A DNA stretch of 64,000 nucleotides from Squalus acanthias (GCA_030390025.1 CM059427.1:51212001-51276000); one strand, 5' to 3'. Positions 50,485 through 64,000 are shown, numbered from the stretch's first letter. Numbers and translations: made by a program. The notes: generated by a model from the letters alone, not told the origin.

Positions 50485-52170
50485 CTGAAGCGTTTGCAAC
50501 CAACTTCAGCCAGAAGTGCCGAGTGGATGATCCATATCGGCCTCCTCCTGAGGTCCCCACCACCACAGAAGCCAGTCTTCAGCCGATTTGATTCACTCCA
50601 TGTGATATCAAGAAATGGCTGAGCGCACTGGATACAGCAAAGGCTGTGGGCCCCGACAACATCCCGGCTGTCGTGCTGAAGACTTGTGCTCCAGAACTAG
50701 CCGCGCCTCTAGCCAAGCTGTTCCAGTACAGCAACAACACTGACATCTATCCGACAATGTGGAAAACTGCCCAGGTATGTCCTGTCCACAAAAAGCAGGA
50801 CAAATCCAATCCGGCCAATTACTGCCCCATCAGTCTATTCTCAAAGTGATGGAAGGTGCCGTTGACAGTGCTATCAAGCAGCACTTACTCACCAATAATC
50901 TGCTCACTGATGCCCAGTTTGGGTTCCGCCAAGACCACTCAGCTGCAGACCTCATTATAGCCTTGGTCCAAACATGGACAAAGGAGCTGAATTCCAGAGT
51001 TGAGGTGAGAGTGACTGTCCTTGACATCAAGGCAGCATTTGACCAAGTGTGGCATCAAGGAGCCCAGTAAAACTGAAGTCAATGGGAATCGGGAGGGAAA
51101 ACTCTCCACTGGCAAGAGTCATACCTAGCACACAGGAAGATAGTTATGGTGGCTGGAGGTCAATCATCACAGCCCCAGGACATCGCTGCAGGAGTGCCTC
51201 AGGGCAGTGTCCTATGCCCAACCATTTTCAATGAACTTCCCTCCATCATAAGGTCAGAAGTGGGGATGTTTGCTGATGACTGCACGGTGTTCAGTGCCAT
51301 TCACAACTTCTCAGATAATGAAGCAGTCCGTGCCCGCATGCAGCAAGATCTGGACGACATTCAGGCTTGGGCTGATAAGTGGCAGGTAACATTTGCACCA
51401 GAGAAGTGCCAGGCAATGAATATCTCCAAAAAGAGAGCGTCTAATCACCACCCCTTGACATTCAATGACATTACCTTTGCCAAATCCCCCACCATCAATA
51501 TCCTGGGGGGGTCACCATTGACCAGAAACTTAACTGGACCAGCCACATAAATACTGTGTCAACAAGAGCAGATCAGATGCTAGGTATTCTGCGGCGAGTG
51601 TCTCACCTCCTGACTGCCCCAAAGCCTTTCCACCATCTACAAGGCACAAGTAAGGAGTATGATGGAATACTCTCCACTTGCCTGGATGAGTGCAGCTCCA
51701 ACAACACTCAAGAAGCTTGACACCATCCAAAACAAAGCAGCCCGCTTGATTGGCACTCCATCCACTACCTTAAACATTCACTCCCTCCATCACCGGCGTA
51801 CCGTGGCTGCAGTGTGCACCATCTACAAGATGCACTGCAGCAACTCGCTAAGGCTTCTTCAGCAGCACCTCCCAAACCCGTGACCTCTACCACCTAGAAG
51901 GACAAGGGCAGCAGGTGCATGGCAACACCACCACCTCCAAGTTCCCCTCCAAGTCACACACCATCTTGACTTGGAAGTATATCGCCGTTCCTTCATCGTC
52001 GCTAGATCAAAATCCTGGAACTTCCTCCCTAACAGCACTGTGCGAGTACCTTCACCACACGGACTGCAGCGGTTCAAGAAGGTGGCCCACCACCAGCTTC
52101 TCGAGGGCAACTAGGGATGGGCAATAAATGCTGGCCTTGCCAGCGATGCCCACATCCCATGAACAAAAAT
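50485..52170 (+). mobile_element. CR1-clade LINE (second family), 5'-truncated
   Basis: GPDNIPAVVLKTCAPELA, QFGFR, LDIKAAFDQVWHQG, GVPQGS, FADD. Confidence 0.92.
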
Positions 52171-53769
52171 ATTTAAAAAATTCTAGCCTAATGAACCTAG
52201 CAAAAGTTTTCCCTTTGTAAATTTCTGTTTAGAAACCTGTCATTGAGTGTTATAGTCTCCTTTTATTTCAATGATGGCCTGGGACCAGGAACCTCCCAAC
52301 ACAATGGGTGCGAGGCATTTGTGGATAACAAGACAGACAAACAAATGACTTATTGTTTACCGGCTATGGGGAAACAATTTCGATGCTTACCTTAATCACC
52401 ATTTTTCTCAGTGCCTTGTTTTTTGCACTTATGTGAATACACGTAATTTTAATTGCAACCCTTAAATGTATCTTTTTTTCAAAATCCTTCCTGTGGAGCA
52501 AAACAAAAGACCAAAAATTCGGAAAGATAACAAACTCGAGCGTTTCTGAAAAAAGTGCTTTGAAAACAAGTACCTGTTGGCTGTAGACTGGGTTACAAAG
52601 GGATGAGCTGTTCTGAAGCCAACTGGCGCAGAAGAAACCTGCTAGAAAATTCATCACATGATTTTCTGTAGTGACAATGGCCACAGTAAACCCCAATCAT
52701 TTCAGCAGAATTGTACAAGACCAAATTTTAAAAAATAAAATAATACCAATGTTCTTCCAGGAATTGGTTCAAGTGCAATAGTTAGATTAGCTTTGGCTCT
52801 GTGATGTGTTGTAATAGTCTTGGATGCAGCCTCAGGGACCACTTATGACTCTTTACAATTACATGTTGAAATCAGAATGATGTACATCTCGGGAGTGCTG
52901 CATATTCTTGATTGAGGAACTGACTGACATATCTAATTCCCTCATGGCTAAATGCTAGGATATGCAAAAAGTTACAGTAATAAGGGAAAGATAAATTTTA
53001 AAATAATGAACACTTCAAAAAGTTACTTTGGTTGTGCAAATCATAGAATCATAGAAGATAGGAGCAGGAGTAGGCTACTCGGCCCCTCTAGCCTGCTCCG
53101 CCATTCAATGCGATCATGGCTGATCATCCAAATTCAGTACCCTGTCCCTGCTTTCTCCCCATATCCCTTGATCCTTTAGTCTTAAGAAATATATCCAACT
53201 GCTTCTTGAATCTATTTAATCAATTGGCCTCTACTGCCTTCTGTGGCAGAGAATTCCACAGGTTCACCACTCCCTGGGTGAAGAAATTCCTCCTCATTTC
53301 TGACCTAAATGGCTTACCCCTTATCCTTAGACTGTGACCCCTGGTTCTGGACTCCCCGACCATCGGGAACATCCTTCCTGCATCTAGTTTGTCCTGTCCT
53401 GTCCTGTCCTGTCAGAATTTTATAAGTTTCAATGAGATCCCCTCTCATTCTTCTAAACTCTAGCGAGTATAAGCCCAATCGACCCAATCTCTCTTCATAC
53501 GTCATTCCTGCCATCCCAGGTATCAGCCTTGTGAATCTTCGCTGAACTCCTTCCATGGCAAGAACATCCTTCCTCAGATAAGGCGACCAAAACTGCACAC
53601 AGTACTGAAGGTGTGGTCTCACCAAGGCCCTGTACAACTGCAGCAAGACATCCTTGTTCCTGTACTCAAACCCTCTCGCTATGAAGGCCAACATACCATT
53701 TGCCTTCTTTACCGCCTGCTGCACCTGCATGCTTACCTTCAGCGACCGGTGCACAAGGACACCCAGGTC

Positions 53770-56004
53770 TCATTGCACTTCCCCTTCTCCCAATCTATTG
53801 CCATTCAGATAATAATCTGCCTTTCTGTTTTTGACACCAAAGTGGATAACCTCGCATTTATCCACGTTATATTGCATCTGCCACGCTTCTGCCCAATCAC
53901 CCAACCTGTCCAAATGATCCTGGAGTTTCTCGGCATCCTCCTCGCAGCACACACGCCCACCCAGTTTTGTGTCGTCTGCAAACTTGGAGATATTACATCT
54001 AGTTCCCTTGTCTAGATCATTAATATATATTGTGAATAGCTGGGGTCCAAGGACCGATCCCTGCGGTACCCCACTAGTCACTGCCTGCCACTCGGAAAAA
54101 GACCCGTTTATTCCAACTCTTTGCTTTCTGTCCGCCAACCAGTTCTCTATCCAAGTCAATACCTTGCCCCCAATCCCATGTGCCTTAACTTTACACGCTA
54201 ATCTCTTATGCGGGACCTTATCAAAAGCCTTTTGGAAGTCCAAATACACCACATCCACTGGTTCTCCCTTATCTATTTTACCAGTTACATCCTCAAAAAA
54301 TTCCAGTAGATTAGTCAAGCATGATTTACCTTTTGTAAATCCATGTTGACTTTGTCCGATCCTGTCACTTTTTTCCAAGTGCTCTGCTATTACATCTTTT
54401 ATAATGGACTCTAGCATTTTCTCCACTACCGATGTCAGGCTTACCGGTCTGTAATTCCCCGTTTTCTCTCTACCTCCCTTTTTGAATAGTGGGGTAACAT
54501 TAGCTACCCTCCAATCCATGGGTACAGTTCCAGATTCCATCGAATGTTGGAAGATGATCAGCAATGCATCTACTATTTCGAGGGCCACTTCCTTAAGTAC
54601 CCTAGGATGTAGATTATCAGGCCCTGGGGATTTATCGGCCTTCAATCCCTTCAATTTCCCTAACACCATTTCCCTACAAATACTGATTTCTTTCAGTTCC
54701 TCCCTTTCAATAGACCCTATGTTCCTCAACATCTCTGGGAGGTTATTTGTGTCCTCCTTTGTGAAGACAGAACCAAAATATGTATTTAATTGGTCTGACA
54801 TTTCTTTGTTCCCCATTATAAGTTCCCCTGATTCTGACTGCAAGGGACCTATGCTTGATTTCACTAATCTTTTTCTCTTCACATATCTATAAAAGCTTTT
54901 ACAGTCAGTTTTTATGTTCCCTGCAAGCTTACCCTCGTATTCTATTTTCCCCTTCTTAATTAATCCCTTTGTCCTCCTTTGTTGAATCCTAAACTGCTCC
55001 CAATCCTCAGGGTGACTGCTTTTTCTGGCCAATTTATGTGCCCTCTCCTTGGATCTTATGCTATCCCCAATTTCCCTTGTTAGCCACGGTTGAGTCACCC
55101 TTTTTGTTTTATTCTTATGCCAAACTGGGATGAACAAATTCTGTTGTTCGTCCATGCGGTCTTTGAATGTTTGCCATTGCCTATCCACCGTCAACCCTTT
55201 GAGTGACATTCCCCAATCAATCCTACCCAATTCGCACCTCATACCATCGTAGTTTCGTTTATTTAAATTCAGGACCCTAGTCTCTGAGTCAACTACTTCA
55301 CTCTCCATCCTAATGAAGAATTCTATCATATTATGATCGCTCCTCCCCAAGGGGCCTCGCAGAACAAGATTGCTAATTAATCCTTTCTCATTGCATAATA
55401 CCCAGTCTAAGATGGCCTGATCTCTGGTTGGTTCCTCGACATATTGGTCCAGTAAACCATCCCATAAACACTCCAGGAATTCCTCCTCCATAGTCTTGTT
55501 ACTAATTTGGTTAGCCCAATCTATATGTAGATTAAAGTCACCCATGATGACTGCTGTGCCCTTATTGCACGCTTCTCTAATTTCCCTTTTAATGCCATCC
55601 CCAACCTCCGCATTACTGTTTGGAGGTCTATATATCACTCCCACTAACGTTTTCTGCCCCTTGTTATTTCTCAGTTCAACCCATACAGATTCCACATCAT
55701 CAGAGCTAATATCTTTCCTTTCAATTGTGTTAATCCCCTCTTTAACCAGCAATGCTACCCCACCTCCCTTTCCTTTTTGCCTATCTTTCCTGAATATTGA
55801 GTACCCCTGGATGTTGAGTTCCCAGCCTTGGCCACCCTGGAGCCATGTTTCGGTAATCCCAATCAAATCATATTCGTTTACCTCTATTTGCGCAGCTAAT
55901 TCATCCACCTTGTTCCGAATGCTCCTTGCATTAAGACACAAAGCCTTCAGGCTTGTTTTTTTAACGCTCTTAGACCTATTAGAATTAGTATTTACTGTGG
56001 CCAT
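53770..56004 (-). pseudogene. CR1 ORF2 (APE endonuclease + reverse transcriptase), 744 aa open then a premature stop
   Basis: [40 protein letters not shown] where the sister copy has CGA (QRDL), then a (TGTCC)n expansion at ~53389-53412. Confidence 0.95.
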
Positions 56005-56126
56005 GTTTGATTTAAACCGTTGTTTTCTCTGACTGCCACTTTTGTTTTTCTCCTTCCTATCTTTTGCTTTTATCCTTGTTTCCTTTTCCTCTGTCTCCCT
56101 GCTCAGGTTCCCAACCCCCTGCCATT

Positions 56127-57076
56127 TTAGTTTAAACCCTCCCCCACAGTACTAGGAAACACTCCCCCTAGGACATCGGTCCCGGCCCTGCCCAGGTGTA
56201 GACCGTCCGGTTTGTACTGGTCCCACCTCCCCCAGAACCAGTTCCAATGCCCCAGGAATTTGAATCCCTCCCCCTTGCACCATTCCTCGAGCCATGTATT
56301 CATTTGAAATATCCTTCTATTTCTACACTGACTAGCACTTGGCACTGGTAGCAATCCTGAGATTACTACCTTTGAGGTCCTATTTTTTAATTTACCTCCT
56401 AACTCCCTATATTCTGCTTTTAGGACCTCATCCCGTTTTTACCTATATCGTTGGTACCTATATGCACCACGACAACTGGCTGTTCACCCGCCCCTTCCAA
56501 AATGCTCTGTAGCCGCTCTGAGACATCCTTGACCTTTGCACCAGGGAGGCAACATACCATCCTGGAGTCTCGTTTGCGGCCGCAGAAACGCCTATCTATT
56601 CCCCTTACAATTGAGTCCCCTATCACTATAGCTCTCCCACTCTTTTTCCTCCCATCCTGTGCTGCAGAACTACCTATGGTGCTAGGAAGTTTGCTGCTGC
56701 TGTCTTCCCCTGATAAGTCATCTCCCTCAACAATATCCAAAGCAGTATATCTGTTTGAGAGGGGGATGGCCACAGGGGACCCCTGCACTACCTGCCTGCG
56801 CCTATTACTCTGCCTGGTGGTCACCCATTCACTTCCTGCCTGTACACCCTTTACCTGCGGTGTGACCAACTCCCTAAATGTGCTATCCACGATGTCCTCA
56901 GCATCGCAAATGCTCCAGTATGCATCCATCCACAGCTCCAGCGCCGCAATGCGGTCTGTCAGTAGCTGCAGCTGGATACACCTCCCGCACACATGGTTGT
57001 CGGGGACACAGGAAGTGTCCCTGATTTCCCACATAGTGCAGGAAGAACATGTCACAGCACCGAGCTGTCCTGCCAT
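56127..57076 (-). pseudogene. CR1 ORF1 (Cys-rich knuckle + SGNH/GDSL esterase), one frameshift
   Basis: CSSC...CGRC, IGDSIVR, CLPGA, HIGTND, DGLHL. Confidence 0.92.
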
Positions 57077-57607
57077 GACTTACCCTTTAATTAATTAATT
57101 TAAATTAAATTAAAATTAAATGGATCCCACCAATCACACTGGAATTAAGTGATATACTCAGGGGCCCTTGCTTAACAGTAGTCCCCACTACACAAAGAGA
57201 CCGTAGAAACCACAAAATTTAAGTTTAGAAAAATTGAGAAAGAAAACACTCACCAACCAATCACTTACCTGCTTTTTGGTGACGTCACACTACGAATACT
57301 TTTTGCTTCCCTCTCCCGGAACCTGGATTTGTAAGCCGCCTCGGGGCTCACCTTAAGTACCGCCGCTCGCCGCCTCTTTTCCCTCGCAGGTCCGCCGCCT
57401 CTGCCGCCTCGCCGCTCTAGTATGCTTATGTATGGACTCACCTGAGGTGGATCAGATAATTCAACAATGAAACTGAGATGGGCTGAGGATGATAGGTAAA
57501 AATCACTGGGATTCAAACAAATCAGTTAGAGTATGACCAAAAAAGGAAGGAATTAATTAAACAAATAATAAATATAGGAAAGTCTGTGAAAGGAGTAAAA
57601 AGGTGTT

Positions 57608-59930
57608 AACATAAGAACATAAGAAATAAAAGCAGGAGTAGGCCATACGGCCCCTCGAGCCTGCTCTGCCATTCAGTAAGATCATGGCTGATCATCGACC
57701 CCAACTCCACTTTCCCGGCCGACCTCCGTATCCCTTGAGTCCCCTAGAGTCCAAAAATCTATCTATCTCAGCCTTGAATATACTCAAAGACTCAGCATCA
57801 CAGCCCTCTGGGGCAGAGAATTCCAAAGATTCACAACCCTGTGAGTGAAGAAATTCCTCCTCATCTCCGTCTTAAATGGCCAACCCTTATCCTGAGACTA
57901 TGCCCCCTAGTTCCAGACACTCCAGCCAGGAGAAACAACCTCTCAGCATCTACCCTGTCAATCCCCTTCAGAATCTTGTATGTTTCAATGAGATCACCTC
58001 TCATTCTTCTAAACTCCAGAGAGTATAGGCCCATTCTACACAATCTCTCATCATAGGACAGCCCTCTCATCCCAGGAATCAATCTAGTGAACCTTCGTTG
58101 CACTGCCTCCAAGGCAAGTATACCCTTCCTTAGATAAGGAGACCAAAACTGTGCACAGTACTCCAGGTGTGGTCTCACCAAGGCCCTGTACAATTGTAGC
58201 AAGACTTCCTTACTCTTATATTCCAACCCCCTTGCAATAAAGGCCAACATGCCATTTGCCTTCCTTATTGCTTGCCGTACCTGCATGCTAGCTTTCTGTG
58301 TTTCTCGCACGAGGACACCCAAATCTCTTTGAACACAAACATTTAAACGTTTCTCACCATTTAAAAAGTATTCTGTTTTTCTATTCTTCCTACCAAAGTG
58401 AACAAGCTCACATTTCCCGACATTGTACTCCATCTGCCAACTTACTGCCCTCTCACTTAGTCTATCTACATACTGTGAGGAGAACACAAAGGGCTGGATT
58501 TTACCTGCCGAGATGAGTTGGGGGTGGGAATGCTGCCTTCCGGGTTCTATCCCGCCCCCAGTGACGTCCGAAGGCACAGACGCTATTTTTCCCCTGATTG
58601 GCCTTGTTAAGCCCGCTCTGCGGGCTTGCCAGCCAATTAAGGGAAAGCCAGTGTCAGATGACGTCAGTTGATGACGCTTCATCTGCCGGCTTTCTTAAAG
58701 TGACATGAACCTTTTATTTTTGACAGATGATTTGACAGTGTTTGACAGCATTGAGGTGCTGTCAAACACTGACGATCACTGTACAAAGGTGAGCCCTTGC
58801 ATCCAGGCTCTCCAATGACTCTCTCTTTAGGATAAAACAGATGGCAGCTGTAGGTGAGGGTACAGAAGCGATCTGTCACTTCTCCCAATGAGGTGAGGCC
58901 ACACAAACACTTCAAAGCTTGTCACCTACAGATAAATCTAAACACATTAAAAATGACTTTCCCAACATTTCCTTACCTCTGATACTCACCAGTGTCCCAT
59001 TGCATCCTTCACACCACTTCTGCAGCTGTCATTACACACAAACATTACAACAGACCCACGGCACGCCACACTTACCCTGGCTGGGTTCCCCAACTTCGGG
59101 AAGCCCGCAGCAGAAGTCTCAAAATGGGAAAAAGCCTCTTAACTGCCTGTTAACTACTTGTTAACAGGCAGTTAAGTGGCTATAATCCTCTTCCCACCGC
59201 TAGGAGTCGGGTCCCTGCGCAAATCAGGTACCCGACTCCCGGGAAGATTGGTTGGAGGCGGGTTGGGAGCGGGTTTGGGACCTGCTCCCAATTTTTTTGA
59301 TTTTGCCAGCTGTCCTGCCTCCAGACCCGCCTCCTCGTGGCTGGTAAAATCCAGCCCGAAGATTCTGCAAAGGGATATAGATCGCTTTGTATCGTCAGCA
59401 AACTTGGATACATTACACTCAGTCCCTTCATCTAGGTCATTAATATAGATTGTAAGTAGCTGAGGCCCCAGCACTGATCCTTGCGGCACCCCACTAGTTA
59501 CAACCTGCCAACCTGAAAAAGACCCGTTTATCCCTATTCTCTGTTTTCTGTCCATTAACCAATCCTCTATCCATGCTACTATATTACTCCCAACCCCATG
59601 AGCCCTAATCTTGTGTAATAACCTTTTATGTGGCACCTTATCGAATGCCTTTTGGAAATCCAAATATACTGCATCCACTGGTTCCTCTTCATTCTACCCG
59701 GCTAGTTACATCCTTAAAAAACTCTAATAAATTTGTCAAACACGATTTCCCTTTCAGAAAACCATGTTGACTCTGCCTTATCATGTTATGATTTTCTAAG
59801 TGCCCTGATACCACTTCCTTAACAACGGATTCCAGCATTTTCCCGACAACTGATGTCAGGCTAACTGGCCTGTAGTTCCCTGTTTTCTCTCTCCCTCCTT
59901 TCTTGAATAGCAGTGTCACATTTGCTGCCT
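57608..59930 (-). mobile_element. 5'-truncated CR1 LINE with a MITE insertion and a micro-inversion
   Basis: [37 protein letters not shown], (ACATAAGA)n tail. Confidence 0.92.
58491..59357 (+). mobile_element. Harbinger-type MITE (family B, full, 867 bp)
   Basis: Perfect TIR GGGCTGGATTTTACC / GGTAAAATCCAGCCC, TSD AAA/GAA. Confidence 0.92.
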
Positions 59931-60987
59931 TCCACTGAAAAAAAAAAGCTGTTGGAAAGTATGCAATGAATGAACAAAGAAAATGAGACGGTAAAACAGG
60001 CAATAAGGAAAAATATTGATTTCCCCTTCGCAACTGATATTTAGTGTTAGTTTACTGTGATTTCTAGAGGTGTTTTTCTTGCATGTGATAAAATATTAAT
60101 GCTTGATAACTGAATCAAACTTTTAATTAGAGTTCCATTACAGGTTTTGTGTTTCTGTAAAATTAATTAGACTATAATGCTAGATTTTTCTTCCAACTAA
60201 CGATTCATGGATGGATTTTATGTGAAAATACTTGATCTCTGGCAGTGGGATTAAGACATAGTTCAATCTTATGGTTCTGTTAATGTTCATAAACTATTTG
60301 CACTTCTCTCTCACAGTTTAGAAATGTCAACAGAACTGTAAGATTGAAGCATTAATTTCTTGCAAAATAACGAAGTAGAAATTAATTTGTATTGCAGTAA
60401 CAGCTGGTAATTATTAAAAGGAGTTGTATCCTGGTTTACTGTAAATATATTATGGGGAAATAATTTACATTTTTAATTTTAGATAAGTTATATAAGATTG
60501 ATAATGAACACCCACAGATCTACAAGATTTAAGTCTGAGTATTTGCTGTCTTTTTATTTCCTTCCTTATGTTGCTGTTTAGCACCATGTTATTTTTCTGT
60601 GGCTGGCAGACAAGAAATTTTCGGGGTCATGAACCTCTGCGCATTTAGTGTCAATCCTGGTCCACGATCAATGAGACATGTTGAATTGGAGTGACAGGAG
60701 CACTGATACGCAACCCTGTGTCTTTCTGGCTGGGAGGTGAGGAACCCTCCACCTGAGCTATACGCCTGTCTGAAACAATTACCATATAAACAAAGCAAAT
60801 AAAAGAGTTTGGCAGTATAAATAATGAATGATATTATACCAGCCTGTAAATTTAAAAGGTCTGAAATAAGTTATCCTGCTTCAGTATTTATAATGCATAA
60901 TGAAAGGGTATATGTTGGGTTGTATGTAAAACAACAAAAAGAACAACTTGCATTTATATAGCACCTTTAAAGTAGTAAAATGTCACA

Positions 60988-61418
60988 TAGAAACATAGAA
61001 TCTAGGAGCAGGAGTAGGCCATTCGGCCCGTCGAGCCTGCTCCACCATTCAATACGATCATGGCTGATCATCCAAATCCAGTACCCTGTCCCTGCTTTAA
61101 TCCCCACAGTACACATATCCCACCCTACCCCCGTAACCCCACGTATTTAATTCCCCCTAACATATCCCATCCTATCCCCATAACCCCACATATTTAATCC
61201 CCCCCTAACACTAAGGGTCAATTTATCATAGCCAAATCAACCTAACCCGCACATTTTTGGACTGTGGGAGGAAACCGGAGCACCCGGAGGAAACCCACGC
61301 AGACACGGGGAGAATGTGCAAACTCCACACAGACAGTCACCCTAGGTCAGGTTCGAACCCAGGTCCCTGGCGCTGTGAGGCACCAGTGCTAACCACTATG
61401 CCACCGTGTTGCCCACCG
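60988..61418 (-). mobile_element. HE1-like V-SINE with captured CR1 tail, TSD TGTCACA
   Basis: V-domain and tRNA head. TGTCACA at 60981-60987 and 61419-61425. Confidence 0.92.
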
Positions 61419-61974
61419 TGTCACAAGGCGCTTCACTGGAGCGTTATCAAACAAAATTTGATACGCGTCACACAAGGAGATATTAGGACAGATGACCAAA
61501 AGCTTGGTGAAAGAGTTGGTTTTAAGAAGTGTCTTAGAGGAGGAGAGAGAGGCAGAGAGGGGGAGTGGTTTAGGGAGGGAATTGAAGTGTTTAGGGCCTA
61601 GGCAACTGAAAGCACAGACGCCAGTGGTGGAGTGATTAAAATAGGGGATGCGCAAGAGGCCAGAATTGGAGGAGGCTTGTACAGCTGGAGGAGGTTACAG
61701 AGATATGGAGGGGCGAGGCCCTCGAGGGATTTGAAAACAGGGATGAAAATTTTAAAATTGAGGTGTTGCTGGACCGAGAGCCAGTGTAGGTCAGCGAGTA
61801 CAGAACTGAGGGTGAACGGGACTTGGTGTGAGTTAGGACACGACCAGAAAACGTTTGGATGTGCTCAAGTTTATGGAGGGTGGAAGATGGAAGGCCAGCA
61901 AGGAGAGAGTTGGAATAGTCAAGTCCAGTGGGACCAAAGTCATGGATGAGGGTTTCAGCAGCAGAGGATGAGGG

Positions 61975-62445
61975 ATGGGGTGCTCCAGGGATGAGGAACT
62001 TCAGTTACATGGATAGACTAGAGAAGCTGGGGTTGTTCTCCTTGGAGCAGAGAAGGTTGAGAGGAGATCTGACAGAGGTGTTCAAAATCATGATGGGTCT
62101 AGACAGAGTAGATAGAGAGAAACTGTTCCCTTGGCGGAAGGGGTCAAGAACCAGAGGGGACAGATTTAAGGTGATTGGCAAAAGAACCAAAGGCGACATG
62201 AGGAAAAACTTTTTTGCGCAGCGAGTGGTTAGGATCTGGAATGCACTGCCTGAAAGGGTGATGGAGGCAGACTCAATCGTGGCTTTCAAAAGGGAATTGG
62301 ATAAGTACCTGAAGGAAAAATATTTGCAGGGCTACGGGGAAAGGGCGGAGGAGTGGGACTAGCTCAACTGCTCTTGCAGAGAGCCGGCACGGACTCGATG
62401 GACCAAATGGCCTCCTTCTGTGCTGCAACCATCCTATGATTCTAT
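61975..62445 (+). mobile_element. CR1 3' fragment
   Basis: [29 protein letters not shown]...WNALP, tail CTATGATTCTAT. Confidence 0.92.
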
Positions 62446-62724
62446 TAGCTGAAGCAGGGGCGGAGTCGGGCGAAGTGGAAGTAGGCAGTCTTGGTGATGG
62501 TGCGGATATGTGGTAGGGAGCTCATCTCAGGGTCAAAAGACTTCTTATTCATAAAAGAACAGTTCAATCTGCAACTTAGACATGCAATCCCAACCTCCAC
62601 ATACCACTTTCACTTGATCTTAACCGTCAGCAGTGAGTGCTTACATGGCATAACTGATTTTAGTAGGGGCCTGATATTCCTAGCGACACCAATTTTAAGA
62701 GAAAAGTACAAGTGAGTAAATACG

Positions 62725-62950
62725 TAGAAGTTACAACAGATAAACAAGCTATTCAGCCCAACCAGTCCGTGTTGGCATTTACCCTTCACACGAGTCCTAA
62801 TCATACATACCTGCCCTGTTCCTACATCCCTTTATCACCTTTTGCTTCATCTACCCATCCAATCAGATCTTGAATGTTGACATAGCTTTTGCTTCAGCCA
62901 CTAACCCTATAAGTGAATTCCACAGCCTTGCAATGCTTTGTGTAAAAAGC
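62725..62950 (-). mobile_element. Old CR1 3' fragment
   Basis: CTATTCAGCCCAACCAGTCC 3' UTR, TGAATTCCACA (LWNSL). Confidence 0.6.
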
Positions 62951-64000
62951 AATGTCAAGCTAGAAAATACTAACAGTGTGTAGTACTGCTCTGAGGATTC
63001 CTACCCCTCCAAAAATAGATTAATGAACATTAACAAGAAGGCAGGAAATAAAGCCAATTTAACTTGAGGTCTTGTTACTGGCTAATTGTTGCAGAATTAG
63101 ACATTTCTGGAGGGTAATTTCAAGTCAATACTTGAAGTGAAGCTCAACATTATTGAGATTAATGAAAGAGAAATTACCCAAGTGCAAACATAACAGTGAT
63201 GCAGAGGAGGACGAGGAGAAAATGGTCTGGTTCTGCAGAGGGCATAAGAGACATCTGACTTGCAGCAGGCACTACCCCGTGCAGTGTGGGCTGGGTGGTG
63301 GCCGGGGGTGGGGGGGTGGCGCGGGTGCTGTAGATGATGCCCATGCCCATTGATTGCTGTGGGACTTAGGAAGGCAATATCCAGGCACATTGATCACAAT
63401 CACTAACTATTTTTTTTTGGCACTTTACTACTCATGCCAGGCAAAAATGTTTTCTGATTTCGCCTCTGTGAAGTGCCTTGGACATTTTTCTATGTTAAAG
63501 ACACTGTATAAATGTTGTTGTTGGTCTCACTTAGGCTGCAGTACTCACCATTATGATTTCCTGAAATGCTAGTGACAACCCTCAAGCAGATTCCAAGCAA
63601 GTCACTCGTTCAGATTGCATCCCTCAACTAAAAGTTGGGAAGATTCCCCAGATACAACTGGAACAATGATCAACTCTGGACATTTCAACAGTCATCACTA
63701 TCCTGCAAATCCCACTGATGTCTCATTTTGAAAGTACACGTTAAAGTGTTAGTGGAGTATGTCAAAATGTTGGTAAGGTATATTAAAGCAGTGTTGTATT
63801 TGGGAGAGTTTTGCTGCTCCAAAAATGTCACTTCAAAGTTGCCATATTGTTGACTGGGAATGGTTAATCAGCGTATAATATCTACTGCAGTTATAAAATG
63901 CGGTTTTCACAAGTGTATCTTTACTTAAACAAAAAACGTAATAACTTTTAGCAAAGCTAACTATTTGTTTTTTGACCTTACGTAATCTCTTAATTTCTTA

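Larger units (their letters stand above)
53042..57419 (-). mobile_element. Near full-length CR1 LINE
   Basis: CpG-rich 5' UTR, ORF1, ORF2, 3' UTR hairpin and (ATTCTATG)n-like tail. Confidence 0.96.
60930..62535 (-). mobile_element. L2 LINE 3' fragment, interrupted by a V-SINE and a CR1 piece
   Basis: ACTTGCATTTATATAGC tail, reverse complement of the L2 at ~46270-46950. Confidence 0.85.

Noticed and set aside
53969-56032. Long + strand ORFs antisense to CR1 ORF2
   Set aside because: Shadow frames of the LINE coding sequence.
52574-57505. Putative - strand exons 57505-57442 and 52638-52574 (and 29864-29696)
   Set aside because: Plausible splice signals, but the joined peptide is unrecognisable and the third piece has stops in all frames. 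Expected by chance in 64 kb.
57861-58682. 273-aa ORF on -
   Set aside because: MITE sequence fused in frame by chance to the CR1 RT C-terminus.

Overview
Vertebrate nuclear DNA, almost certainly from a shark or ray, judged by HE1-type V-SINEs, SacSINE1-type Deu-SINEs and cartilaginous-fish-like CR1 and L2 LINEs. I recognise no host protein-coding gene, so the window reads as intronic or intergenic DNA dominated by nested transposable elements. These are CR1 LINEs (one near full-length, with SGNH-esterase ORF1 and APE-RT ORF2), L2 LINEs, two SINE families, three decayed PIF/Harbinger transposase loci, and many Harbinger-type MITEs with GGGCTGGATTTT-like TIRs and 3-bp TSDs. The highlights are: (i) Penelope-like terminal repeats of two sequence families carrying minimal, dimer-type hammerhead ribozyme motifs, two of them as fold-back insertions; (ii) a V-SINE subfamily caught swapping its LINE tail for that of the youngest local CR1; (iii) palindromic motifs and inward-facing splice donors shared across MITE families; (iv) several multi-level nested insertions that can be rejoined at the nucleotide level. 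All calls come from reading by eye and no database search was run. MITE family letters (A-E) are my own working labels. Boundaries of old elements are approximate.
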